A DNA stretch of 64,000 bases from assembly GCA_009780185.1 (NCBI GenBank), contig WRAN01000010.1, positions 6,450 through 70,449 of the forward strand. Direction: 5' to 3'. A program made the translations under genes and the position numbers. Below the pieces are notes generated by a model. That model was given only the letters and a program-made list of their open reading frames with translations, ran no database searches and was not told the origin of the DNA. Positions within the stretch are counted from its first letter, which is position 1; every line of letters starts with the position of its first letter. Shown here one piece after another: positions 37,137 to 46,864 of this stretch. The DNA is from Defluviitaleaceae bacterium (GTDB lineage: Bacteria > Bacillota > Clostridia > Lachnospirales > WQUN01).

Positions 37137-38051
37137 TTAGTTCACTAATTTAAAAGCGATATGGGCCGCGCCAAGTTCTGCACTTTCACTCATGGGGATT
37201 ATTTGCATGTTTGGAAAAGACTTGTAGATTGCCGCTTCGAACATGGTACGGATATTTTTATTGTGCAAAATAATACCGCCGCTTAATACAATATTGTGCG
37301 AAAACAACTGCGTCTTATGAATTAGAGATTGTGTAATCGCTATTAAATCCCTCGCAGCTTGAGCCTCGATGGCAATTGCTGTGCTGTCGCCTTGGTTTGC
37401 GGCCTCTTCAACCAACACGGCAATCTTAGCAATTTTGGATTTGTGAAATGAGTTGCCATAGATATAACTCAGGATTTGCGCAGGCTCGGTTTGTTTAAAA
37501 AATCCGGTCACCATGCTGGTTAAGATAGTTTTTGCGCCGCGGCCATCCAACTCCATCAAGGTAGCCTTTATTGCATCCATGCCAATACGATAGCCAGAGC
37601 CACCGTCGTCAATAAGATGCCCCCATCCTCCCGCGCGGTGCGTTGTACCTTCCTTATCTATCGCGTATCCCACAGAACCTGTACCGGCAATTATAATAAT
37701 GCCAGGCTCCTCCTGGGTTGCTGCCAAAAGGGCCAGTTCCGCGTCGTTAGTGACTTTTATCTTACCACCTACGCCGATATCTCTAAAGATATTTTCCAAT
37801 AATTTTGCGTTTTCGCCAGTAGATGCACCTGCACTGCCAATATATAAGGATTTACAATTATCTAAGGATGCTGCCGCAGCAGTGCAGAATTCACCCAGTA
37901 AATTTTTTATGTTGCCAAAAACACCACTATAAGTTTCGGCGGCTATATTGGTTGTGTCGCCTTCACAGCGGGCTATGACGTTCTTATTTTTATCTATTGC
38001 AACAAGGCGCGAGCGGCTTCCGCCGCCGTCTATTCCTATAAAATATTGCAT
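37137..38051 (-). CDS. BadF/BadG/BcrA/BcrD-type ATPase (N-acetylglucosamine kinase-like)
   Basis: Contains MQYFIGIDGGGSRSRLVAI, IIIAGTGSVGY, GGWGHLIDDGGSGY. RBS AAGGGGA. Confidence 0.85.
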   Translation of the reverse strand: MQYFIGIDGGGSRSRLVAIDKNKNVIARCEGDTTNIAAETYSGVFGNIKNLLGEFCTAAAASLDNCKSLYIGSAGASTGENAKLLENIFRDIGVGGKIKVTNDAELALLAATQEEPGIIIIAGTGSVGYAIDKEGTTHRAGGWGHLIDDGGSGYRIGMDAIKATLMELDGRGAKTILTSMVTGFFKQTEPAQILSYIYGNSFHKSKIAKIAVLVEEAANQGDSTAIAIEAQAARDLIAITQSLIHKTQLFSHNIVLSGGIILHNKNIRTMFEAAIYKSFPNMQIIPMSESAELGAAHIAFKLVN

Positions 38052-38204
38052 TACTGATTCCCCTTAAAAAAACGTGATAAATACTCTTTGTGAGGTTCTA
38101 ATGAATCATCAAAGGTCTTCAATTTTTTCATTTAATACCGATCCTGAAATTTTTTTTCTTTATTTTATCATGAGATATTAGTATGAGCTATATTTTCTTT
38201 CATT

Positions 38205-38244
38205 AAAAAAGCGGTGCCCCCTCAGTCTGGAGCACCGCTTTTTG
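38205..38244 (-). terminator. Terminator after mgsA (bidirectional hairpin)
   Basis: AAAAAAGCGGTGC ... GCACCGCTTTTT. Confidence 0.75.
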
Positions 38245-38248
38245 TGTT

Positions 38249-38647
38249 TTATCGTCTTACATTATTCCGCCAGTCTAAATCTCCATGATCCAGAGCTAGA
38301 AGAAGCGCTTCTGCCGTGGCTAGGTTGCTTGCTAAGGGGATATTATGCACATCGCAAAGCCTTAGCACGGACATGATATCCGGTTCATACTGCTTTTGAT
38401 GTAGCGGGTCTCTTAGGAAGATTACCAGATCTATATCGTTAAGGGCGATTTGCGCCCCCATTTGCTGGCCGCCTCCAAGGTGCCCTGCCAGGTACTTACT
38501 TACGTTTAGCCCTGTTGCGTCTTCTACCAGCTGCCCGGTAGTACCAGTGGCATAAATCCGGTGTTTGCTCAGGATATGGCGATAAGCCACGCATAAGTTC
38601 TCCATCAACTTCTTTTTATTATCATGTGCTACAAGAGCAATGTTCAT
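38249..38647 (-). CDS. mgsA: Methylglyoxal synthase
   Basis: Contains [17 protein letters not shown] and LRDPL. 132 aa. Confidence 0.93.
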   Translation of the reverse strand: MNIALVAHDNKKKLMENLCVAYRHILSKHRIYATGTTGQLVEDATGLNVSKYLAGHLGGGQQMGAQIALNDIDLVIFLRDPLHQKQYEPDIMSVLRLCDVHNIPLASNLATAEALLLALDHGDLDWRNNVRR

Positions 38648-38662
38648 AGCATACCGCCTCTC

Positions 38663-39847
38663 TTATAATAAGTCCTCATCTAACTCATCAACTTCTCGTT
38701 TTAAACCGATATTAAGCACCATTCCCATTGCAATCATATGCACCCAAATCATTGATCCGCCATAGGACATAAATGGGAAGGGCATACCTGTGGCAGGAAG
38801 CAGCCCCGTTACTACTCCTACATGTACAAAGGTCTCAAAGATTAGCATACCTGCAACCCCTGCTGCAATAAGCTTGCCCTGCATATCAATTGCTCTTAGT
38901 GCTATAAGGATGCATTTTACCACCATTATCAAGATTGCGCCAAGTAAAATTCCACTGCCTACAAAACCAAACTGCTCAGCAACTACAGAAAAGATTAAGT
39001 CGTTATGGGCAAAGATTAAATATATCTGATTATCCATAAATCCGCGGCCCGTCAGGCCTCCGGCAGCTATAGCTCTGCGGGATTCTTCTATTTGTCGCCA
39101 TTCATCAGAGCCTGGGATCGGGTATAGGTTGGTTCGTATGCGAGTGACTTGGTATTCCGCAAAAATTCTATATAAAAGTATAGGCTCTTCCCGCTGTAAA
39201 TCCAGCCAGAAAAACACCAAAATAGGTACAACTATAGCTACTCCAATAATGATATACCGCCATTTTAGACCAGCAGTAAACAGCACAACCAAAGATGCAA
39301 AAGTAATAACCAATGCCGCCGAAAGGCTAGGCTGGGTAGCAACAAAAAATACAGGCACAGCAATGGAAAATAGAACTAATCCTAGCCACAATATCTTATT
39401 ATAGCTATCCTTTTTTACTTCAAGAAATTTTGCCAAAAAAATAATCATAAATATCTTAGCAAACTCTGAAGGCTGCAAGCTAAGAACCCCAAGGCCTGGT
39501 ATAGGAATGGGAAGCCATCTAGCAGTATTGGTAGCAGGGTCAGGCCCCATAATAAACAGTGCCAAAAGCAGTGCCATCAAAACCCCATAAATTATTAAAT
39601 ACAGACGCCCTATAAGCCTATAGTCAATACACGCAAAGATAAGCATCAACACAGTGCCGGAGATTACATGTACCTGTTGTAAGCGCCACAGTCCCCCAAA
39701 GGCAAGTTGCTGTGCTACCGGCATACCGCTATGATTGGCTGAGGTATAAATCATAACAATGCCAAATACACTTACGGCAATTACCGTAAGTGCCAGAAGA
39801 TAGTCAAAGGACTTTAGCCCCTGCAAAATGGCATCTTTTCTTGTCAT
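38663..39847 (-). CDS. rodA: SEDS-family peptidoglycan glycosyltransferase RodA
   Basis: FtsW/RodA/SpoVE pattern (QPSEFAK, PFMSYGGS). Sits after minCDE. Confidence 0.9.
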   Translation of the reverse strand: MTRKDAILQGLKSFDYLLALTVIAVSVFGIVMIYTSANHSGMPVAQQLAFGGLWRLQQVHVISGTVLMLIFACIDYRLIGRLYLIIYGVLMALLLALFIMGPDPATNTARWLPIPIPGLGVLSLQPSEFAKIFMIIFLAKFLEVKKDSYNKILWLGLVLFSIAVPVFFVATQPSLSAALVITFASLVVLFTAGLKWRYIIIGVAIVVPILVFFWLDLQREEPILLYRIFAEYQVTRIRTNLYPIPGSDEWRQIEESRRAIAAGGLTGRGFMDNQIYLIFAHNDLIFSVVAEQFGFVGSGILLGAILIMVVKCILIALRAIDMQGKLIAAGVAGMLIFETFVHVGVVTGLLPATGMPFPFMSYGGSMIWVHMIAMGMVLNIGLKREVDELDEDLL

Positions 39848-39849
39848 TA

Positions 39850-40122
39850 TTATCTGCGCCTTCTTACATTTTTAATTGGAATATCTGCCTTTATCCTGGA
39901 GTCGGGACTATCGTTGCCCCCTGATGGCGGACAAATCTGAATATCGAAGTCGTTTTCATCTATTTCTACATATTTACGTATTACTTCCAGCATATCTTTT
40001 TTCATCATTTCCAGCATTTGAGATGCACCATCTACCCTGTCGGCGGGTAGTACCATTTTAAGCCTGCCTACTGCCATATCTCTGGAAGAGGGGCTTTGGT
40101 TTTTTTTGCCAAACCCTAACAT
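39850..40122 (-). CDS. minE: Cell division topological specificity factor MinE
   Basis: 90 aa. Contains RLKMVLPADR and follows minD. Confidence 0.9.
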   Translation of the reverse strand: MLGFGKKNQSPSSRDMAVGRLKMVLPADRVDGASQMLEMMKKDMLEVIRKYVEIDENDFDIQICPPSGGNDSPDSRIKADIPIKNVRRRR

Positions 40123-40133
40123 ATGCCCTCCTT

Positions 40134-40925
40134 CTATCTTGAAAAGAAATTCTTTATTTTATTTAGAAAACCATCGGATTTGTATAAATCCATAAGTGGA
40201 ACAGACTCCCCCAATATCCGCCTGGTGATGTCTCTATAGGCTTGCCCTGCAAGGGATTTTGAGTCTAATACACAAGGTTCACCTTTATTGGATGATATTA
40301 TTATGCTTTCATCATCGGGTACTATGCCTAGTACGTCTATTGCCAATATTTCTGATACATCTTCCAGGGTCATCATGTCGCCTCGCAATACCATTTCTGG
40401 CTTTATGCGGTTAAGTATCATTAGTGGCGGTGGGAGTTCACTGGCTTCTATCATTCCTATAATTCTATCCGCGTCTCTTACGGCGCTTATTTCTGGGGTG
40501 GTAACTACTATGGCCTTATCGGCCCCTGCTATGGCGTTTTTAAAGCCCTGTTCTATCCCCGCGGGGCAGTCTATAAGTATATAGTCGAAATCCTCTCTTA
40601 GCTGGGCACATAGCTTGCGCATTTGCTCTGGGCTTACTGCTGATTTATCTTTGGTTTGAGCTGTGGGCAGTAAAAATAGATTTGAAAAAGTCTTATCCCT
40701 TATTAGGGCTTGTTTTAGCCTGCAATTGCCTTCTACTACGTCTACAAGGTCGAAGACTATGCGGTTTTCTAGGCCCATTACTACGTCAAGGTTTCTTAGA
40801 CCTATATCCGCGTCTACCATTACTACTTTTTTGCTGTGACTTGCCAGACCTGTTCCGATATTGGCTGTGGTGGTGGTTTTCCCCACGCCCCCCTTACCGG
40901 AGGTAATTACAAAAACTTCGCTCAT
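40134..40925 (-). CDS. minD: Septum site-determining ATPase MinD
   Basis: Contains VITSGKGGVGKTTTTANIG and the C-terminal amphipathic helix FLNKIKNFF. Confidence 0.95.
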   Translation of the reverse strand: MSEVFVITSGKGGVGKTTTTANIGTGLASHSKKVVMVDADIGLRNLDVVMGLENRIVFDLVDVVEGNCRLKQALIRDKTFSNLFLLPTAQTKDKSAVSPEQMRKLCAQLREDFDYILIDCPAGIEQGFKNAIAGADKAIVVTTPEISAVRDADRIIGMIEASELPPPLMILNRIKPEMVLRGDMMTLEDVSEILAIDVLGIVPDDESIIISSNKGEPCVLDSKSLAGQAYRDITRRILGESVPLMDLYKSDGFLNKIKNFFSR

Positions 40926-40999
40926 TTTTTCCCCTCTTTACTCTTATTATCTCTTTTATATATAACCGCAAGGGTGCTCCTCACCCCGCATTATTAAGG

Positions 41000-41668
41000 T
41001 TATAGCGGTGCTATAAAAACCTGTCCTTCGTTGATGTATGCCCAGGAACCATTTGTGTGCTGCTGATCTTTTGGGATGTAAGTAACAACTCTGCCTATTC
41101 TTATCTGGGTGGGTTTAAACTCGGTGGCGGAAATAAATGCTTCTGTGCTTCCGGTGCAGTCGTCGTCAATTGGGGCGCCTGCCCAGGCCATGCCGCGTAG
41201 AGCGCCTAATACTACTATGCTGCCTGTAACTTTTATTACGGCACCTGGGTTAATATCCCCGATTATTACTACGGACCCGTTTTGACGTATGGTTTGACCG
41301 GAACGTATACCCCCTTTGTAGTAGAATGTTTCGCTTATTAAAGGCTGTACACCAGGAGGCGAAGCGGGTACCAGCTTGGCAATCTCCTCTTTGGGGGTGT
41401 CTGCGGTGCCTACATCCAGGTTGGTCTCGAATTGTATGATTTCTAATAGAATCAGTTCTTCACCTGGAGATAGCTTTCGGCCTTTGAATGTGACTGTAGA
41501 CTTAGCTCCGTCAAAAAAGTTACGGGAACCTGCTACTCTTTTGCGTAGTACATCTTTAATTAGGTCGAAATCGGCCTTATCGTCCAGCAAGATGCTGATG
41601 CCGTCTCTGCGGCCTTTTAGTATTACGCATTGCTTTGCTTCAAGTACTTCTTTTCTGGTTTGAGGCAT
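41000..41668 (-). CDS. minC: Septum site-determining protein MinC
   Basis: C-terminal beta-helix GDINPGAVIKVTGSIVVLGALRGMAWAG. Position is upstream of minD. Confidence 0.9.
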   Translation of the reverse strand: MPQTRKEVLEAKQCVILKGRRDGISILLDDKADFDLIKDVLRKRVAGSRNFFDGAKSTVTFKGRKLSPGEELILLEIIQFETNLDVGTADTPKEEIAKLVPASPPGVQPLISETFYYKGGIRSGQTIRQNGSVVIIGDINPGAVIKVTGSIVVLGALRGMAWAGAPIDDDCTGSTEAFISATEFKPTQIRIGRVVTYIPKDQQHTNGSWAYINEGQVFIAPL

Positions 41669-41680
41669 GTCGTACCTCCT

Positions 41681-44257
41681 TTATGGCTGTAATGTATTTA
41701 TAGGGGTTGGATGCTCAGCTTCCAGCCCTAGCCCTAGTGCCACACCTATCATATCTCTGGCAATCCGGGCAGAAATTTGGGTATATGCCAGTGTCGCGCC
41801 GAAAGGAACGTTTACATAAATAGAGATTTGCGGGTTTTCCACTGGCGCGAAGGCTCCAAAGGCTGAGTGATTAAAGCGGGTGGGGATTTGCTGGGTGGTA
41901 CTGGTTTTTCCTGCAACATCTATAGGAAAGCCCCTAAATAGGTTTACAGCTGTACCACCGGCCCCTGGTTGGGTTACCAGGCGCATACCTTCTGTTACCG
42001 CATCCCATGTGGATTCTTGGAACTCAAGGCCCATGCATACTGGCTCTGGCACAGTACGCATTACCGTTATACCATGGCTGTTTTCTATATGGCCTACTAG
42101 GTGCAGGGGATAATTGGTGCCGCGGTTGGCGAATACATTCATGGCTCTGGCCATTTGGGCTGTGGTGTAGTCGTTAAAGCCTTGGCCTATGGCCGTGCGC
42201 ACGGTGTCTCCGTCAAACCAGTTAGTGTCATGAGGGGGGGCATTTTCGTTGGCCTGAAGGGCTCGGAAGCGTTTAAACTCTGGGGAAGCTATTCTTATAC
42301 CATCAAAGCCTATATCTTGACCGTGAAGTTCTAGTATTTCTACCCCGCTAGGCTCGTGAAGGCCGAAATGCATCATATATTGATTCATGATTCTTATGCC
42401 TTCCAGCGTGCGATTTTCAGTACCTCGCCCCAGATTAAAGGAGGCTTCTGCAAAGAAATAGTTGCAGCTAACGGCTATGGCCTGAGTTACATTAATACTT
42501 CCATGGCCTCCTCTTGACCAGCAGTGGAACGGTGGGTTGCCTGCGCGAGTAAAAGCTACTCGGTCTGTAATGCGTTGTGTGGGTGTTATTGATCCGCCTT
42601 CCAGTGCGGCTACGGCGGTTATCATTTTGAAATTGGAGCCAGGTGCGCGAGGTTCCCTAAAGGCTCTGGGGATTGCTGGGTATGTGGGGCATAGGAAGTT
42701 GATATGGTTAAAGTAGGCGACATCCATATTGTTGACTAAGCGGTTATTGTCATAGGATGGATAGGATACTGCCGCAAGTACGGCTCCGGTTTCTACATCT
42801 ACTATTACCATGGAGGCGGTGTATGGGTCTTGACGGGCTTGTTGTGGGGTGATTTCCCATGTTTCTATTTTTTGTATTAGTACATCCCTAGCAGTGTTGG
42901 GGCGGGCTATTAGTTGCTCGCTTATGGCTCCGTCCGGGTCTGATATTTGTTCTGTTCCTATCAGGGTCAGCAGCATCATGGCTGGGGTGATACGGTTTGA
43001 GCGGATTCCTTCTACTATTATGCCGTGGATATGCTCCATTTCTTCTCGCGTTCTGGCATCACTAGCATCGGGGGCGCGTTGTAGGATATAACGCTGCATA
43101 GCCATTGCATGGCCTTCTTCTGCGGTTAGTACGGCTCGTATATCTAGATTATGGCCGGTTACATAATTAATAAAAATATCCTGTGGGGTAACAGTTCGTT
43201 CTCGGGCATCTCTTCGGTTCATTCTATTGATTAATACTTGGGTTAGGTAGGATTTTAGCATATAGTAAGCTTCCATTTGTAACTCGAGGTCAATGGTTAG
43301 GAAAATACGATCTCCTGGCTGGGATTCTTGGATTATTGTGGGTTCCCCGATTCTGGTGCCTCGGCGGTCTACTTCTATTGATTGTAAACCTGGGGTGCCT
43401 CTTAGGAATTGCTCCATGCTACGCTCTAGGCCTGCACGGCCGAATAAATCATTGTGACTGTAGCCTAGATGTTCGTTGGCGGCTAGGTCTTCTGCGGTTA
43501 TTTGGCGGATATATCCGATTATATGGCTCATATAAATACCTGCCGGGTACTCCCGCTGGGCTTGAATATCTATAAATACCCCGGTAAAAAGGGTGTTATT
43601 TTCTGCTATCGCGGCTATGGTTTCTTGGGAGACATCTACGGCAAATAGTATGGGAACGGGAGTATAGTGCTCGATATGGATTAGGCGCTCGCGGAATATC
43701 ATCGTGCGGAAATTGAGGATGCGGACAGCGTCTTCGTCGCTCATATCCGGGTCGATGTTAAAGCGGTCGCGTAGATTGATGAAGCTTTCTTCCGCCGTGG
43801 CATAGCGTGGGTTGGGTATTGCCATGTCATCCTTCCAGCGGAATTGCTGGTGGGTGCTTGAGGCTATGGCTTCGTTGAACTCAAATGGTGCTATGTTTAT
43901 TGGAAAACTACTTACATAGTCTTCACCGTTTCTTTCAAAAAGAAGGGATAGTTGGAATAGGGCTTCGTTGGTAATTGGGACACTTGGATCCATTTTTACA
44001 ACAAAGACCAGGTTATTAATGGCTAAGGGACGACCATGCCTGTCATAAATGGTGCCACGGAGAGCCTGGGTAGGGACTACAACCTCATGGACAACAGGAG
44101 GAGGTGGGAGGAATGTATGAGCCAGCACGATTTGCAGCTCGAAAATCTGGACTAGCATACTGCCAAAGAGAGCTATTGTTAGTATAAACAGCCATAATAT
44201 CCTATGGGTTAGAAACCGAAATATAGTTAGGAAGATGTCTTTTATGAGTTCTTTCAT
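41681..44257 (-). CDS. mrdA: Penicillin-binding protein 2 (elongasome transpeptidase)
   Basis: N-terminal TM. Motifs are SNFK (SxxK), SCN (SxN) and KTS (KTG-like). Located after mreD. Confidence 0.9.
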   Translation of the reverse strand: MKELIKDIFLTIFRFLTHRILWLFILTIALFGSMLVQIFELQIVLAHTFLPPPPVVHEVVVPTQALRGTIYDRHGRPLAINNLVFVVKMDPSVPITNEALFQLSLLFERNGEDYVSSFPINIAPFEFNEAIASSTHQQFRWKDDMAIPNPRYATAEESFINLRDRFNIDPDMSDEDAVRILNFRTMIFRERLIHIEHYTPVPILFAVDVSQETIAAIAENNTLFTGVFIDIQAQREYPAGIYMSHIIGYIRQITAEDLAANEHLGYSHNDLFGRAGLERSMEQFLRGTPGLQSIEVDRRGTRIGEPTIIQESQPGDRIFLTIDLELQMEAYYMLKSYLTQVLINRMNRRDARERTVTPQDIFINYVTGHNLDIRAVLTAEEGHAMAMQRYILQRAPDASDARTREEMEHIHGIIVEGIRSNRITPAMMLLTLIGTEQISDPDGAISEQLIARPNTARDVLIQKIETWEITPQQARQDPYTASMVIVDVETGAVLAAVSYPSYDNNRLVNNMDVAYFNHINFLCPTYPAIPRAFREPRAPGSNFKMITAVAALEGGSITPTQRITDRVAFTRAGNPPFHCWSRGGHGSINVTQAIAVSCNYFFAEASFNLGRGTENRTLEGIRIMNQYMMHFGLHEPSGVEILELHGQDIGFDGIRIASPEFKRFRALQANENAPPHDTNWFDGDTVRTAIGQGFNDYTTAQMARAMNVFANRGTNYPLHLVGHIENSHGITVMRTVPEPVCMGLEFQESTWDAVTEGMRLVTQPGAGGTAVNLFRGFPIDVAGKTSTTQQIPTRFNHSAFGAFAPVENPQISIYVNVPFGATLAYTQISARIARDMIGVALGLGLEAEHPTPINTLQP

Positions 44258-44781
44258 TCTCGATCTCCTTCGAATAAGTTTCGCCTGTTAGATTCCCAAT
44301 TCTCTATTCGCCCGTTGATGAAGTGGAGGAGGCTATACAGTGGTATGGATAGGCTGACAGTATAAATAGTTGTGGGTAGAATAATACTTAGTGCGTAGTG
44401 TGTGAAATCTAAATAACCCAAAAATAAGAAAGATGTTACATAAATCACAAACTGCTGGAGGATTATTGCCACAAGTACGATGATAAAGGGAAGGAAATAA
44501 TTATCCTTGAAAAAATCTCTAAAAGGTTTGCCTGAGATATAGCCAATGAGGAAGCCCATAAGGGCAAACATCCCAATTGGCCCGCCGGAAAAAACATCTT
44601 GAAGTAATCCAGCTAAAAAACCGAAGATGGCTCCTTCAATATCTCCACGTAGTATGCCATAGCCGATTATAAAAATAAGAGCTGTATCTGGAATTACCCC
44701 TAGTATTGCCACATGAGGCAGTACGGAAGTCTGTAATACATAGTTAATTAAAATTAGAGCACTCATTACCGCTATTCTCAT
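44254..44781 (-). CDS. mreD: Rod shape-determining protein MreD
   Basis: 175-aa polytopic membrane protein that overlaps both the mreC and mrdA ends by 4 nt. Confidence 0.88.
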   Translation of the reverse strand: MRIAVMSALILINYVLQTSVLPHVAILGVIPDTALIFIIGYGILRGDIEGAIFGFLAGLLQDVFSGGPIGMFALMGFLIGYISGKPFRDFFKDNYFLPFIIVLVAIILQQFVIYVTSFLFLGYLDFTHYALSIILPTTIYTVSLSIPLYSLLHFINGRIENWESNRRNLFEGDRE

Positions 44782-45647
44782 TGCCCATCCTCGCCAAAAA
44801 TAGCCAAATCCAGGCCTTCTCCAAACAGCTGGTCGACTATAAGTACGACATCAATCCGATCTAGGCTTACAGCGGGCTGGATTATTGCGTATTGGGTAAG
44901 GCCGCCGGGGCTTGCGTGGACGCTTACAACTGTGCCAATTAGAATCCCTGGTGGGAAAAAGGCTCCATGATCGGAAGTATATATGCGATCCCCTGGCATA
45001 AAGCGAGCTGAGGCTACTATATGATCCATGCGCATAAGGCCATCTAGCCCTAGTTCCATGTTGCCGTGAACTGTTCCAACGTCTTCTGTGCGGGCGTTTC
45101 TGGCAGCGGCGGCAAAGCGTGTGTCTAAAATGGATACGACACGTGAATAACCAGGCCAGGCATGTTCTATACGGCCAAGCACTCCTCCAAAGCCGAGGAC
45201 TATCATGTTGGGATATATTCCGTGGTTTGTGCCTTTATCTATAATGAAATTTGCTTCCCAGTTGTTAGGGTTTTGGCCTATCAATCTTGCTCCTACCATG
45301 GATAGCTCAGGATAGCGCTGTTCCATGTCAAACATTTCGTGGAAAAGGCGATTTTCCTCTTCCAGATGCGGCATACTTGCTATGATATTACTTAGTCGCA
45401 TATTTTCTTCGCGAAGTGCAGCATTTTCTGTGAGTATTTGCTCGCTTCGGGCTAGTACATCAATGCGGCCGCTTATCCATGAAGTGGCGGAGGATGCGCC
45501 TCGCTGCATGGGGGTGACAATATAACCAAAGCCCCGGCCCAAAAAGCTGGTGGGGGCTATTCCGGTAATTGTAATGATTATTGCTAGTAAAGATATGGTT
45601 ATGCCTAGGGCAAGAAACAGTCTTTTATGTTTGTGTAAGAATTCCAT
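44778..45647 (-). CDS. mreC: Rod shape-determining protein MreC
   Basis: N-terminal TM, a coiled coil (LTENAALREENMRLSN) and a beta-barrel region (IYTSDHGAFFPPGILIGTV). Confidence 0.9.
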   Translation of the reverse strand: MEFLHKHKRLFLALGITISLLAIIITITGIAPTSFLGRGFGYIVTPMQRGASSATSWISGRIDVLARSEQILTENAALREENMRLSNIIASMPHLEEENRLFHEMFDMEQRYPELSMVGARLIGQNPNNWEANFIIDKGTNHGIYPNMIVLGFGGVLGRIEHAWPGYSRVVSILDTRFAAAARNARTEDVGTVHGNMELGLDGLMRMDHIVASARFMPGDRIYTSDHGAFFPPGILIGTVVSVHASPGGLTQYAIIQPAVSLDRIDVVLIVDQLFGEGLDLAIFGEDGQ

Positions 45648-45663
45648 AGTACACCCCTACGCC

Positions 45664-46692
45664 TTATAGTTTTATTTTGTTTGGGGTTATTAGTACATTG
45701 GATAGGAGTTTTAGATTTTCTAGTACTAGGCCTGTGCCTTCTACTACGCACTTTAGTGGCTCTCCGGCCGCTTGTACTGGGATGCCTGTTTCGTTGGTGA
45801 TTAGTTCGTCTAGGCGCTTTAGCAGGGCACCGCCGCCTGCCAGTACTATGCCTGCTTCCATTACGTCGCTGGCTAGTTCCGGTGGTGTTTTTTCTAGGGT
45901 GAATCTTATTGCGTCTATGATTTTTTCCAGTGACTCGGAAAGAGCTTGGCGGACCTCTACCTCTGTCATTACTATGGTTCTGGGTAGACCTGATACTAGG
46001 TCGCGGCCTCTTACTGGTTGGTATACGGATTCTGATGGCTCGTATGCGCAGCCTAGATTGATTTTTATGTCTTCCGCTGTACGGTCACCTATGGCTAGGC
46101 CGTGTTCTCGGCGTACATACTGAATTATGGCATTGTCGAACTCGTCACCACCTGTGCGTAGCGAGCGACTGGCCACTATTCCACTAAGTGAAAGTACTGC
46201 AACTTCGCTGGTTCCGCCGCCTATATCTACTATCATGCTGCCTATAGGCTCGGAAACGGGAAGGCCGGCACCTATAGCTGCTGCCATTGGCTCCTCTATT
46301 AGTGTTACAGAATTTTTGGGTACGCCTGTGGAGAATGTGGCTTCGAATACTGCCCGCATTTCTACATCTGTGACGCCGCTAGGTACACAGATTACGATTT
46401 TAGGTTTGCGGCTAAAGAAACGAGTTGCGCGCGCTTTTTGGATAAAGTATCTGAGCATTTCCCGCGTGGTTTCAAAGTCGGCAATTACTCCGTCTTTTAG
46501 GGGGCGGATTGCTACAATATTGCCGGGGGTACGGCCTATCATCTGCTTGGCTTCTTCGCCAACGGCCATTACTTTTTTAGTGGTGGTGTTGATAGCTACT
46601 ACCGAGGGCTCGTCTATTATTATGCCTTGGCCCTTTGCGTAAACTAGAGTATTGGCTGTGCCTAAGTCTATTCCTAAGTTTTGTGTGAACAT
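45664..46692 (-). CDS. mreB: Rod shape-determining actin homologue MreB
   Basis: Contains LGIDLGTANTLVY, DIGGGTSEVAV and LAGGGALL. Confidence 0.96.
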   Translation of the reverse strand: MFTQNLGIDLGTANTLVYAKGQGIIIDEPSVVAINTTTKKVMAVGEEAKQMIGRTPGNIVAIRPLKDGVIADFETTREMLRYFIQKARATRFFSRKPKIVICVPSGVTDVEMRAVFEATFSTGVPKNSVTLIEEPMAAAIGAGLPVSEPIGSMIVDIGGGTSEVAVLSLSGIVASRSLRTGGDEFDNAIIQYVRREHGLAIGDRTAEDIKINLGCAYEPSESVYQPVRGRDLVSGLPRTIVMTEVEVRQALSESLEKIIDAIRFTLEKTPPELASDVMEAGIVLAGGGALLKRLDELITNETGIPVQAAGEPLKCVVEGTGLVLENLKLLSNVLITPNKIKL

Positions 46693-46811
46693 TAGTGCCT
46701 GCTTTCATACGTATTCTTTTATTAGATTATACCCTCATATGCCAATAATAACCAAATGGCTTGGGATGTGCTGCAACAATTATCCCATAATAATGCAGTA
46801 TTTACAAACAT

Positions 46812-46853
46812 AAAAATAGGCCGTCACATCGTCAGATGTGGCGGCCGTTTTTG
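46812..46853 (-). terminator. Terminator between the 46865 gene and mreB (bidirectional hairpin)
   Basis: GGCCGTCACATC-GTCA-GATGTGGCGGCC flanked by A/T runs. Confidence 0.7.
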
Positions 46854-46864
46854 TTATAAAAAGG

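Noticed and set aside
45677-46642. Long antisense ORFs opposite real genes: 45677-46123 and 46127-46642 opposite mreB; also 4755-5219, 13105-13584, 21263-21817, 32854-33483, 33877-34239, 57559-58227, 59346-59735 and 61302-61862.
   Set aside because: They lie wholly inside strongly supported genes on the other strand. They have low-complexity or Arg/Ser/Pro-rich translations, no RBS and no recognisable motifs. They are shadow ORFs.
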